Assembly: GCF_009914755.1 (NCBI RefSeq)
Contig: NC_060925.1
DNA: 64,000 bases
Source: the human T2T-CHM13v2.0 reference genome, Homo sapiens
Direction: 5' to 3' (one strand)
Made by a program: the position numbers and the translations under genes. Below, in pieces: positions 1 through 14,219 of the stretch. The notes under the pieces were generated by a model that was not told the DNA's origin, did no database searches, and worked only from the letters and a program-made list of their open reading frames with translations. The first letter of the stretch is position 1; every line of letters starts with the position of its first letter.

Positions 1-859
1 ATAGTGTTTCTCTTATAGAATATTTTAGTAGCCATCTTGGCAGGAAATCTGATATAAAGAAGTGTATGACATAAAATATTTATACGATATTAATTTCAAA
101 ATCATAGACTCTAATCCAAGTGATCTTTGTAACACATTCACTTTAAGAAGAAACTCTTGCAGCCTCCCTTTCCATTTTTTTATAGGCAGGTGGGAAAAAT
201 GGGAGAAAGTTAAATAAATTATATCTGTTCGCTATACCCTGAAAACCAGAGACTAACATTTCAAATGTATTGAAGCTACACTAGCAAATACAATATAATA
301 TTTTAAGTTTTCAAACAGCCATGATAACTTTGGGATCGAGTTCAAATATAAACACAGGAAAATCGATATTCACTTTGATATAGTAGGGTAATTTATGAAT
401 GACTGTGAGCTCTACTTGTCCCTTGTCTCATTTAGAAACTCTCCGTATTCCTAGAGGAATAGATGAGGAAGCCCTTAGGTTTTTTGCATAGGCCTGTACT
501 TATGCATGACATGCACCCTAATTCCCACTACCCACAATTTTTGAAACTATATGAACTGTATTGATTGATATTCATATCCAAGGAATTTAGGAAATTAGGT
601 TAATAAGAGAAACAACTATGACACAGAAATAAGGCATTCTTTCTTAATTTGAAAACTCCATGGGTTATAGCTTGATATTTTATAAGAACTCATTGACAAT
701 TACATTCGTAGAGCTTAATGATTATTTATTAAACATTATCCCCTGAGTGATGAATATGTTGAAGCTATTAAACCTGCAAAAGAGTAAAAATCATAACATA
801 TGATTTATGTTCTCAAATAACTGATAATTTAGAAGATTCTGTAAAATGAGGTTGGTGAG

Positions 860-1085
860 CAGTCACAAGTCAAGGAACACAGACAGTGACCAGAAGCTGG
901 AAAAGGCAAACAATTCAATTTTCCATAGAGCCTCTGGAGGGAACACAGCCTCACTGACACATTGATTTTGGACTTGTGGCTTTCCTTTCATATCTGTGAG
1001 ATAAAACATTTCTCTTGTTTTAAGTCACCAAGTTTGAAGTAATTTGTTAGATCAAATGTGTAACAGACAGAGAAACTAAGATAGC
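860..1085 (+). mobile_element. MLT1 (ERVL-MaLR) LTR, 3' portion
   Basis: Typical MLT1 3' motifs: ccagaagctggaaaaggcaa...agagcctctggagggaacacagcc...ctgtgagataaaacatttctcttgttttaagtcaccaagtttg. Confidence 0.8.
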
Positions 1086-1099
1086 AAGTGAAACATGCT

Positions 1100-3400
1100 C
1101 AGACACAAACTTTCACAGAAACAGAAAACATGTATCAGGAACATAATGACCACAAAGCCAAAAATAAGAGTCAAGAGTCAGTGGGCAAACTGACAGCTCT
1201 GTGTACTGTGTGTGATCAGCAACTGCGCAGGAAGAAGTCAAAGATAAAGCAAGAGAAAGGAATTTTCAACAGTCCTGAATGTCCTAAAATGACATATATT
1301 TCAACACATACCCACAGGAAACTTTGGCACACCAATCTGGGAATGGCAGCAAAACTTGGGCAAGGATTTCCCAATGAGAACAGGTGCAGATGAGCAGAGG
1401 ACCACAGGAGCACAGAATCTAACTAACCAACTAAGCCTCCCTTCCAGGACAAAGATCTACATGGAGGAGAAACTGCTAAAAATAGAATATAGATTGAGCA
1501 AGACAGCACAATAGAAGCATTAAAAGGAGAATGTCAAGGTGAAAATTTATAAGTGATACAGTCAGTGAATTCAGAGAAGAGAACACTGTATTCATCAACA
1601 CTTCGAGAAAACAATAGAAGAGAGAGTTCTAGATTTTTGAAATTAGCAAAGCTGCCCTACTATTTTAAAAGTACTGGAAAACTCTTAGTTCATCCTGAGC
1701 AACATAGATTGAAATGAATCCCATAAACATTATTTTAAAAAATGAAATAAGTGCAGACTAATGTCAATTCAGACCATAAATACATACCAAATAAGATGCC
1801 TGCAAATAAACAGAACTTTGTTTTGATATTTTAAAGCAAGTTAAAAATAATTAATTACATAAAATAATTAATTCATAGAAGCTATGAAAAATCAAAACAG
1901 TATAAATCATAATTAGAAAAAAGCATTAATGAGATCATTTGAAAAAATGAAAGATTTTTGCAAGAATTGTTAGAAGAGAGAAAATATTTATATCTAAGGT
2001 AATAGATATATTTCATAAATAAACACCAAGTTATAAGAAATGCAATAGCAAATAATGAAACAATGAATAATGATTTTATATATATATATATATATAAGAT
2101 GTTTCTAGATATTTAAAACATTTTTTAAAAAGACAAAGTTACTGAAGGCAGGCAGAATTAACACAGCATATGTTTCATAAAAGCTTCTTACCTATCCTGC
2201 CGAAAGTAATCTATACTGCATAACAAATTTAGAGAATTGAAACAACATACACTTACTATCTTACAGTTTTTTTGTGTGTCAGAAGTCTGGGCATTGCTTA
2301 GCTGGTCCTGTGCAGGACTTGTGCAAGAATTCAATCAAGGTATTAGATGTAGCTAGTTTCTCAACTAAAGGATTGGCTGGGAAAGGGTCTGTTTCCAAGC
2401 TCACTCAAGCTGTTTGTAGAATTTATTTCCTTGTGGCTGTAGGATTCAAAGAAACTTGCTTATTCAAAGATTCCAAGGTAATTCTACTAGTAAGAGGGTT
2501 CCTTATATAATGTAATGACATTTCATCTTTATTGCAATAGAATAGAATATAAATATAATACAATAAAATTAATATAATAAATAAAATAATGGGAATGATA
2601 TCTCATCACCTTTGCCATGTATTTGTTAGATGTACATCACAAACCTCACCCATACTCAAGCAGATGGGATTAAATAAGAAAATGGATACTAGGAGGTGAG
2701 AATCATAGAGAAGATCACACACCTCTGGAAAAACAAAGATGCCAAAAGCAATACAATACGAGCAAACATAAAGGCAACAATTGAAAAATTTTACTGAAAT
2801 GAGAAGAACTTGAAACTACCAATTGGAAGAACATATGAGGGGAAAATCAGTCTGAATATTTTGTGATAAAAATATTAAAATTTGTATAAAAATTAGTTTT
2901 TAAAACTTAAGTTTAAAAAATTATTATTTTAATTATTTAAAATACTCTTAAATAATAAAAAAGACAATTATTTTCGATGTTCGGGGATTACAATCAGGCC
3001 ATTAAAAGATAAGTAAATTTAATTCATTATAGTTTTTCATAGCAATATTTTGTGCTACAAGACAATGTAGCACTATTTATACATCCATAGATAAATTAAT
3101 GTAGAACAAGCATTTTAATCCTCATGATAAGCTTTATGTATAAACATTACTAAAAATATATGTGATGACCATACAAGAGCTCAGGAAGTATTCTTTCCAT
3201 GGGTCTTTCATCACTAATCTACTAGAGAAACATATAAGGCCTGGAAATACTTAAGCACAAAATACTAATAGTGAGAATTAATACACGTTTTCTCACAGAT
3301 CTAAGAAAATTAAAGGTTATGGGGAATACTATAAAGAATATGATGGCTATATACTCTACCAGTGTAGATACAGTACAACTAGTAAAAATAAAATGGAAAG
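1100..3400 (+). mobile_element. Highly diverged HAL1/L1M ORF1-like remnant, interrupted by an MLT1 LTR
   Basis: A-rich + strand. catacaagagctcaggaagtattctttccatgggtctttc (~3170-3210) resembles HAL1 as I recall it. Boundaries are approximate. Confidence 0.5.
2170..2720 (-). mobile_element. MLT1E/F/G-type MaLR LTR
   Basis: tcttacagttt...gtcagaagtctgggcattgcttagctggtcc...ctgtttccaagctcactcaagctgtttgtagaatttatttccttgtggctgtagga...ggatactaggaggtgagaatcat is the antisense MLT1 signature. Confidence 0.75.
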
Positions 3401-3599
3401 AATGAACCAAAGGGTCTTAGATACAACCCTTCATCAATATGTATCTTACATTGACCCACAGTGACTGCTAGGTAAAACATAAAACAAAAACAGAATTTAA
3501 ACAGAGGTATCAAGGACTTCGTATTTGTGGAAGAACAAATTTTGCATACTGAGTTATGCAAAACCATTAAGCAAATAAATAAAAGGCAAAGCAAACAAA

Positions 3600-4905
3600 A
3601 ACTATAGCAGCAAAAACATTAACCTTCATGGGGAGAGGGAGGAGAAGTATCCAGAACAGTAATGATACAAAATATAAAAATGTAAAGATTTTTAACAACC
3701 AAAAAATTATGAAAAGGAGGAAAGTGTGATTCATACACAGAAAAAAGCAGGTAATAAAAGTTGCTTTAGATGAGGCCCAGATGTTGAACTTGGTAGAAGA
3801 AGATTTTTAAAGTAGCTTTATACATATTAGTATAATCACAAAACTAAAATAGACCATGTATAAGTAAAAATATATGATGACAATATCTTATGTAAAAAAG
3901 AATATAAATACAAACATATAAATTATAAGAATGAACTGAATGAAAATTTTACCATTGAAAAGTATGATAACAAAAATAAAAATTTTGATAGTGTCTTAAA
4001 ATTAGTTTAGAACTGACAGGAAAGTCACCAAATATGATATAGAACAACTATACAATCCGAAGAACAGAGTAAACAAGTTAAGAAAGATGAATAGATCCTC
4101 TGATTAATGTAAAACACTGTTAAGGGGACCAACACACATGGTACACCAAAAGGAAAGAGAGAAAGAAAAGATTAGAGAAAAAAATTCAAATTAATTTCTC
4201 TAAACCCTCTAATATAATAAAAAATATTAATCTGCACATCCAAGAAGACCAATGGCCTTCAATAAGGCACATGCAAATATATCAATATCTACATTATACT
4301 GTAGTCAAAATGTTAAAAGCCAAAGAGAAAATCTTGAAAGCAGAAAGAGAAAAATCAGTCACCACATACAAGGAATGCTAAATAAAATCCATAGCTGATA
4401 TTTCCACATAAATAATTGAGACCAATAGGCAAAGGGATAACATACTCAAAGTGCTAAAAAGTTCAAAACAATCAAACAAACTAACAAAAAACAATGCCTA
4501 GCAAGAATACTTTATCTACCAAACTGTCTTCAAAAATGAAGCCAAAATAAAGGAATCCCTAATTAATCAAAAGGTGAAATAGCCTGGTATTAGAAGTGTT
4601 AGAGATAAGGAATACTGAAATGATTTATTCAGGTTAAAACCAAGTGACACCAGACAGTAGTTTGATTACATACACATATGCATGTGTGTGCACATGCTCA
4701 CACACACATACACACACGGAGGAAAAAGAACCTTAGAAATATCACACAATAAAAATTATGTCACTAATCACAGATACAGTATTTTAATACATACATATCT
4801 TTTTTCTTAAATGATTTTAAAATAAATTACATATTTACTTGCATTAGTATTGCAATATATATTTATACTTATATTGTTGAACTTAAAATACAGCAAAATA
4901 CAGTA
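3600..4905 (+). mobile_element. Old L1M 5' part / ORF1 remnant (host of the Tigger2)
   Basis: Degenerate ORF1-like text, e.g. gagaaaatcttgaaagcag...caaagtgctaaaa...caagaatactttatctacc...ttcaaaaatgaag. Confidence 0.7.
4668..4717. repeat. Mixed (CA)/(TG) microsatellite
   Basis: catacacatatgcatgtgtgtgcacatgctcacacacacatacacacac. Confidence 0.8.
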
Positions 4906-4907
4906 TA

Positions 4908-6483
4908 CAGTTGATTCTTGAACCTGAAATTCAGGAAAAATTACACAATTGAAGAGGCCATTGTTACAGGAAAGCTGTGAAAGCCATCACGCCCAAAACA
5001 ATAAACTTCTGCTAAAGAAACCTGTGTCCAGATGTTGTGCAGGCCTTTGCAGGATTTATGACAGGCCAATCAAAAAAATTAGGGAAGAGATTATGGCTAT
5101 GGCAAAAAAAGGTGGGGGCTTGAGCTTATTATATTTAGGTTTACTTATATGCAAATTTTAAAAATGTAGAAAAATTTTGGGAGATTTCAGCTGTTTGAAA
5201 ATTTTTTATAGAAAAATCATGTGTCATAGAAACATCAAAAAAATTGAGAAGTTTGAGATGTCATGAATGCATAAAATATATGTAAATACTAGTCTATTTT
5301 CTTATGTAATATAAAATATAGATATTATGTAAAGTTATAATTTATTAAAAATTATACACACAAACACAGATCATGCATGGTACCATTCTTGGTTGAGAAG
5401 AAATGTAAACAAGCATAAAGATGCAGTATTGAATTATAACTGCATAAATTAACTGCAGTACATACTGTACTACTATGATTTTATAGTCACTTCTGTTGCT
5501 ACTGCAGTGAGCTCAAGTGCTCTGATGATTCACTTTAAACACCACGTGACACTAATCATCTCTGCATGATCAGTCTCTCTCTAGTAAATTACTTATCACA
5601 ATAAAAAGTGATCTCTCACAGTTCTCACGTATCTTTCATCCTATTTAATCCAGTACTGTAAACCTTGAATAACACCATGAGACCTAGATAAAGTGCCACT
5701 AGCGATGATGAAAGTGCTCCCAAGAGGCAGAGAAAAGCCATGACATTACAAAAAAAAAGCTTGAATTCCTTAATATGTACTGTAGATTGAAGCCTACAAA
5801 CGCACTTGCCCACCATTTCAAGAGAAATGAATTCAACATAAGGACTACTTAAAAAAAAAAGGAAAAGAAAACAATTTTTGTAGCTGTCATTGCAGCTATG
5901 CTAACAGACACAAAAATCTTGCTCTTTTTGCTAAATACCTTTTTATTTTGTATTAAAATTGCAGCTATAATATGGATGCAGTATTGCTATAAGAAATGTA
6001 TATCTATAAACTCTAGTATAATTCCAGAAAAAGCAAAGTCATTCTGTGACAAGTTAAAGCAAAAGAAGATGAATCTAAAGCTGGAGAATTTAATCCCAGA
6101 GGATGGTTTGATAATTTTAGAAAGAGGTTTGGCTGAAAAAAATGTCAATATAACAGGAGAAGCAGTTCCTGCTAACCAAGAGTAACAGATGAGTTTCCAT
6201 ATGTCATTAAGAAAGTCATTGAGAAGATAGAATATTTGCCTGAATGAGTATTTAATGCAAACAAAAGTACCCTAATCTGGAAAAAATATGCCACAAAAGT
6301 CATGTATTAGTAAGGAAGAAAAGTAAGTACTATGATTTAACACAGGCAGAGATTGGTTACCTCTAAGGTTTTGTACAAATTCAGTCAGGTTTATGATTAG
6401 GATTGCCTTTCTCTCTAAAAAGCTAACCCTTGAGCCTTGAAGGAAAAAGATGTACACCAGCTGCCAGTCTTTTGGTTTCACAA
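4908..6483 (+). mobile_element. Tigger2 DNA transposon (TcMar-Tigger), left half, with degenerate pogo-like transposase
   Basis: TA then TIR start cagttgattcttgaac at 4908. Transposase start near 5677 (SAPKRQRKAMTLQ). CENP-B-type HTH text in ORF 5898-6185 (WMQYCYKK..IPEKAKSFCDKLK). The first DDE motif is decayed to FNANKSTLIWK (~6251-6283). There are stops and frameshifts, and no right TIR. Confidence 0.9.
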
Positions 6484-6484
6484 G

Positions 6485-7335
6485 AAAATTCAATTGGAGA
6501 AATAGTAGTATTTTCAGGTGCTGGTCTTGGGACAACTGGTATCACAAGCAAAAGACTGATGTGGGAACTATACCTTACACAATGCACAAAAATAAACTCA
6601 AAATGGATCATAGATCTAAATGTATAAAACTCTCAGGAGAAAGCATAGCAGTAAACATTTGTGAACTTGAATTAGGCAATGATTTCTTAGACATGATACC
6701 AAAGTCATAAGGACAAAGAAAAAAGTAGAGACGTTATCAAAAATTTAAAACCTTTTTGCTGTAAATGATACTATAAAGAAAGTGAAAAATCAACCACAGA
6801 GTGGAAGAAAATATTTGCAAATCAGATATCTGATGAGAAACTGTTATCCAGAATAGGTTAAGGACTCTATAACTGGATAATAAAAAGCCAAATAACTCAT
6901 TTAAAAATGAGCAAAAGGTTTGAATAGTCATTTCTCAAATAAAATACATAAATAGCTGACAATCACATGAACATCATTATTTATTGGGCAAATGCAAATC
7001 ATAACAACAATACGTTATCACTTCATGCTCACTATGATGACTAAAAGTCAAATACAAATGATAACCAGTGAGAATGTGGAATATTTGATGCCCTCATACA
7101 TTTCTGGTAACGTTTATAAGGTAAAATTGTGAAATGGAAAACAATTTGGCACTTTCTCAAAATGTGAAATATGGAGATACCACATGAACCATCAATTCCA
7201 CTCGTAGTTATATACTCAAGTGAAATGAAAACATAGGTCCATATAAAAATATTCTCACAAATATTAATGGCACCATTATTCACAGTAGCTCAAAAGTGAA
7301 CACAACCCAAATTTCCATCTACTAATGAATGAATA
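6485..7335 (+). mobile_element. L1M (MB/MC-age) ORF2 3' region
   Basis: cacaaaaataaactcaaaatggatcatagatctaaatgt; aggcaatgatttcttagacatgatacc; gaagaaaatatttgcaaatc; caattccactcgtagttatatac. Confidence 0.85.
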
Positions 7336-8349
7336 ATTAGTTTTATATAATGTTTATTATGTATCAGAAACTCTAACAGTCTGAAAATAAGTATTTCTTT
7401 TAAGATTTATGAATAAAGTATCTCATTACTATTACTTCTGAAGTAATATATTCAATTTTTTATAGAAGCACAGATTTTATAATTTTAATCATCTTGATTT
7501 TTACTGCTAATTCAAATGTAAAATTAGATTTTTAGTATGGCAATTTGAAGTATTAAATTCTCATTAGTTTCTAGTAGAATTCCATGAAAATCATATTGAT
7601 TTTCTATCATCAGTTTTAATTTAGCTTATCTTTTTCAAAATTATACTTAATTAAACATCTTTCTCAACTTCCCTTTAAACACAGGATTTCATGGATTCAA
7701 AATTGTATGTGTTGTGAAACAATAAAATTAACTCTTGTTTTTTGTTAATTTACCCTAATAATAATTTTAAAACCTCAGCTCATAGACTTTTCTATGATGT
7801 AGTGCAAACAAATATAATTACAATTATATTAACATTACATTCACTATTTATTGATCTGTTAAAATCTTTTTGTCATTTTTTATGGGGGACAAAAATGTAT
7901 GCATGTACACATAAAAGTTGTAATATTTATTATGCCAGTATCTTGATTTATATGACAGTGGTTCAGTGTAATTTCTGAGTGTTTTCATAAGTCACTATTC
8001 CATATTTAGATAGAATCCTCAAATAGTTAATAATTGTACAATGATACTATTCCTTTGTATCTGTTAACTAAATATGTGAATTAAAAGTCACTTATATAAC
8101 ATTCCTAAATATGAATACAACCTATAATATTTTAAAGTTGCAAGAATAATTGAAACCTAGTAACATTTTTCTCCTAATATTCAGGGGCATTTTTAGGCTT
8201 TGGAGTAGAAAAGTTACTTCCATTGTAAAATAGCATTGTAAATTTTGATTTACTGCATTCTAATCCTCAATACCAATTAACACATTTTATGACTCTATTT
8301 GGATAACCTCCAAGTTTATATCCATGCCACTACACGTCATAATTATTTA

Positions 8350-8660
8350 AAGAGGCAGCACCATGCCCTTGCTGCTTAGAGGTGGTCTGCTACCAACTTG
8401 TGAAATTACTACCTATATTAAGCAGATGTCAACACCACAGATTTTTAGTTAGTTGCAAAGTATTTGTACCATTTTCTCATATTTCCAAGGACCACTGCCA
8501 TTCATTGCCAGAACTCCATGTCACCATGCAAAATCAAACAGAAAACACCCAAGGGAAAGTCACATGCAAGGCCCAGCATATGTTACCCCTGCACTCTCTT
8601 AGAGTAAAAACTTGGCAATAAAATGGAAATTTAAAAAAAGGAAAAAGAAAGAAAAAAACA
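8350..8660 (+). other. Unidentified segment ending in AATAAA plus A-rich tail (possible old retrocopy)
   Basis: gcaccATG at the start, AATAAA at ~8617, A-rich tail 8633-8658. No parent gene recognised and no clear TSD. Confidence 0.3.
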
Positions 8661-9079
8661 GAAGACATGTAAATTACCACTTTGTCACTTCACTGCCAAT
8701 GAAGAAAACTTCAACTCTACTGTAATTCTCAAAGAATGCCTCTCATGTTCCAGTCAGCTATCCCAGTGGAGAAAATCTTGAAATGTATGTGTGAGTAGCT
8801 GAGGTGGTATGGGACACTTTTACATCATGGCTAGCATAGAAAACTGCCAGAAAAAAAGTGAGGGAGTCATTTAGACTCCCTAAGAAAGCCAAAAGAGTAA
8901 GAGTTTAAGATGGTACTCATATTTGAAACCCAAGATTACAAAATGTTTGGGCAAAACCATTTTGTAAAATGATGAAGAAGCAGGCTTTGTAGTGAGACAG
9001 GCTCGCATTCCTGCTTTGTCTCTTGGTAGTTGTGGGAATATGAGAAGGTTATTTAATACCTGTAGGTCTCGTTTATACA

Positions 9080-9400
9080 TTCATTCATTCAAAAAGGATA
9101 ATGAGTGTAGAATGGACAAAGCCACAGTGCTAGCTATGAAAATAAAATGTTAGAAAAGTCATATAAGGTTTTTACTTATTGGACCTTGCATTATTTTGGG
9201 GGAGGTATTGACGTTCAATTAAAAATCAACCTTTTAATGAAATAATGGTAAACTTTGGTAAGTATTAGCAAAGAGAAGAGATAGAATATCATTATAGAAA
9301 AAAAGCTGTAGTGCACTATGTAAAAGAATGTTTAGCTAAAACATTTTGAGGGAGTTGAAGACTCACGTTAGATCCAAAAATTAGGTTACTACATCTGCGA
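9080..9400 (-). mobile_element. L2 3' end remnant
   Basis: cattcattcattcaaaa...gccacagtgctagctatgaaaataaa pattern of an antisense L2 tail. Confidence 0.55.
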
Positions 9401-11829
9401 AATAGAGATTTGTTGTACATATGATAAAAAGTTCTAATAATAAGTATGGCACAGTTCTTGGCATAAATACTAAAATTGGGGGATATTATATTATTTTTGT
9501 AATTATTACCATTATTCAAATTCTACTTGAATATCTTTGAATGACTGACACTCAGCAAATTATAATCCCTTTGTTGAAATTATTTGAACCCAAATATTTA
9601 TTTGTGTTGTTTTTTTAATTTTCTGTATTTATATTTTTTATCCTAAATGGGTCCATTTGGTGTTCTGGGTCAGAGACAGTTTTTAAATACTACACAGTAA
9701 ATGATGAGTGCATCTGTTTCCCTTTGCCCTGGGAGTTACTCCTATGGCGATGTGATGAGAGACTAGTCAATTGTCCAAGGCAAGTTGCAAGACCCTCCAC
9801 AGGCTAGAAAAGAGGAAACAATTTTTTTCTGTTTATTAAGGTATAGGAGACACCCATACCCCCACTCTCCAGAAGGGATCTCTTTCTGACTCCAGTTCTT
9901 TTGTTGTTAAAACATAAATAAAATATCGTCAGGAACAACAGAGCCCCAGGTATTTTCACTAGATGTCTCCCTGGAATTTGCATGTGTAGGAAGACAATTC
10001 CCCAGTCTCCCAGTTACCTTCTGCACTAACTTAGCTACATATCCCAGGATGTAATTATTTGGATCTTGGGGAGATAAGAAAAATGTAAACAAATAACTGC
10101 AAATCTGAACTTTATGGTATGTAAACATGTTCTAGGAGAAGTCAAAGCAAACAGTCACTAATTTTACAGTATATATACACAGATATATACATATATATAT
10201 ATATATAGTCTTAAGAGATTAGGATACTGTACAAGAACAATGAGAAACCCAATTCCCTTGTATCCTAGCAGTATTACCTTGAAATACTGAGTAAATTGTG
10301 TTCTTACTTCTTGATGTTTTATAGTGTACCCTGAACATTTATATTAATATACAACTTGATTGTCTCACTAACGATTCTTAAAATCATTCTGAGATTAAAC
10401 AAAAATCCACTTGACCTCCTCAAAGGAAAAGTAGTTTCTAAGTTTTGGTTTTGCAGTCAGAATTTAAAATGAAAATGTATTATGAAAACATTGTTCAAGT
10501 AGAAGTTTGATCATTACAGTTATTGAGTTGTAGGCTCTGGAGTTTGCAGTATTGTACTATAAGAATTTTAGTTCAAGTGTTGTGTTTAATCTAATTAACG
10601 TTATATTTATGAATTGGCAAATGTCCCCAAATGTGTAGGAACAAATACATCTGCTCTCACAGGGGCATCTGGCTTCTTGCTGGAACACATGGTTTCACCT
10701 TTACCTTCACCCACAGCCCAATGTGCATCAATATGGAGATAATGCAGTTCCATTTGTACCTCTTTGTGATTCAACATACCTCAGAGTGTTGAACATTGAA
10801 GGCAGAAGACAGAAGGCACTGCCAATGCACATTGATGAAAGAATTGTCAATAACAGTCAAATCGTACAGCATTAAAAATTTACCAACTATCTTATCATGA
10901 ATGCTTATTTTAAGGAGAGCATTTTAAATAAATATATGACCATAGAAAATAAATATTTACATGGCTTATCAACAGCAGCATTATTTATTAATCCCCATAG
11001 ATGTGACAAAAAGGAATATATTTCTACATATATATATACATACACATATATATACATACACAAATATGCATGTATATGTATATGTGTGTTTGTTTTTATG
11101 GTAATTTTTAATTTTAAGACATTGTTTTGGTATACATAAAGTAAACTATCATTTTTTAAATTTACAGTATTTAAGAATATAAAGAAAAAATCACCATCTT
11201 TTTAATTTTAGTGGTGTGTCTCAGCCTTGAAGCAGCAAAAATTTTATGAAAATATGGCAGAACATAATTCCAATGGCAGAAAGAGAATATTTATGGAATT
11301 CTAGAAGCCTGAGTATTTGAATTTCTGTCACTCACCAGATCAACTAGATTTGTGGAAGAGCTTTACCTTAAAAAAGAGTGATAAAAGAGTGTCATAATTT
11401 AGATTAAAGCCATATATCTGTTATAATTTGAAACATATATCACACACTGCACAAAGTATTCATTGTAGTGTTAGAAAAAGTTGAGTAAAAATTCAGTTCG
11501 GAAAATAAAATCAAAAGTAAAACAGATACTAGGCAAATAAAATAAAGGAAAACAAACCACAGCAATAACAACAACAAAAACAAAAACACCACAGGCTGGA
11601 TTAGGGGCTCAATTATGAGATTTATATTTATTCTTTACATGAGACCACATGTCATAGCCATGGATTTCATCACCATTTATAATTTAATGGTATTAAGATA
11701 TAACTTGTTTAAACCTTTAAAATGATTTTTAGTTTTACCAAAGTAATGTATGTTCAAATTTGAAATAGTCATATAGTCACTTTCTATGTCAAGATGAACA
11801 GAAGAGTTTAATAAGTGAATTTTAAAGAT

Positions 11830-12900
<1,071 letters not shown>

Positions 12901-14059
12901 AGGTGGCGGAATCAAGAAAATGTTCAAGCATAATCTGTTTTCCAAGAGTTTCATGGGACCTCAGCCACCTCCAACTTGATATTCAAGTGCCACTTGCGTT
13001 AATGGCATCAAAAAATCTAATGTACACGTTCGTTTTGTTGTTACCTGGCTAACTATCCTAGTTAACCCTTCGTCTATTCACTGATACACATTTAATAGCG
13101 TCTAAGTTTGCCTCTAGATAAGACCAACCCTGCCTGGTTTAATTCCGACGAGGAATTTTCTTTTTTAATAGCTCAGGAGCCTGGGAATTGGCTCCATGAA
13201 GGAAAAAACTCTTGACATGTAAAATTGTAAAAAAAACCTCAATACACACACCTGTAAATGGGTATAAAGACTGAACACATTTGGGAGTGTAAACTGAATT
13301 AGTAAAATGATAAAACACAGTTTCTTATATTAGGATGAATAATGTACTCTTAGTTTAGTATTTAAACTTTTCTGTAATCTCAGATTAATTTTACTTTCTA
13401 TAAAGGGTGTTGAATTATATATAATTCTTCTGACACTAAGCTAGTATTATAATAAAATAATTAATTATAAACTATTCCAAAGGCCAAGCATGCCTAGTGA
13501 AATGGTTCAACCCACAAATTCTCAATTCACATATTAAACCTGAGAGTTGAAATAATTCAATATCCAATTCCAGTTTGTGTTAATTATCCTTGTTCTTTGT
13601 TCCAAATACAATCTGACTACATCTCTCTCACAGAACTGGCCACATTGTCCTGCAAGTAACATCTAGACTTTGAGGCACTTGAAAGAGGGAATAGTCTTCC
13701 CATCTCAGCACCTATTCTCTTGTCTAGCACAGATAAGGAGCTCAAAAATGTTCCAAGGATAAGTGATACTATGTTTGTCTTAGTTATCTCTTTTTTCATA
13801 TGCATATGTAAATAAAAATAATGTATTCGAGTTAATTTAGGCAAAAAGGAGAACCTCATGGGGAAGTTATACTCAAAGTCAAGCAAGCAATTGGGACTCA
13901 GAACCTATTTGGGGCCACTGCTCAAGGCTCAAGTCCTAGTTTCCTGTTTTTATCTCTTATTTATTCTCTACCCTGCCTATCTCTTTCATTCTTATGCCTG
14001 TATGTTAACCTTTGATATTTGACTTAAAAATGGTACTTGCAACTTCCTAATATACATAC

Positions 14060-14107
14060 TAGTTTTTGTGGTGTACAGTTGCATATTAGTTTTTGTGGTG
14101 TACAGTT
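14060..14107. repeat. Local duplication, two identical 21-bp copies (27-bp period)
   Basis: tagtttttgtggtgtacagtt at 14060-14080 and 14087-14107. Confidence 0.9.
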
Positions 14108-14219
14108 CTCCCTGTTTGCCAAAGCATAGAGCAAATTTGGGCAGAGGGCCATTATTAGCTCAATTTGGATGATATACGAGGTAATGTTTATGAACTTAGC
14201 TGCAGTCATTGTACCTGGG

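Noticed and set aside
5677-6483. Possible domesticated Tigger transposase gene (TIGD-like)
   Set aside because: Early stop, several frameshifts, first catalytic Asp lost, and truncation.
8515-8580. Faint resemblance of part of the candidate retrocopy to RPL35A mRNA
   Set aside because: The similarity is short and gapped, and the flanking sequence and translation do not match, so no symbol was assigned.
9695-9895. RTGATGA motifs (~9701, ~9752) with a downstream CTGA suggesting a C/D box snoRNA
   Set aside because: No terminal stem, atypical spacing, no recognisable rRNA or snRNA antisense element and no host gene evident.
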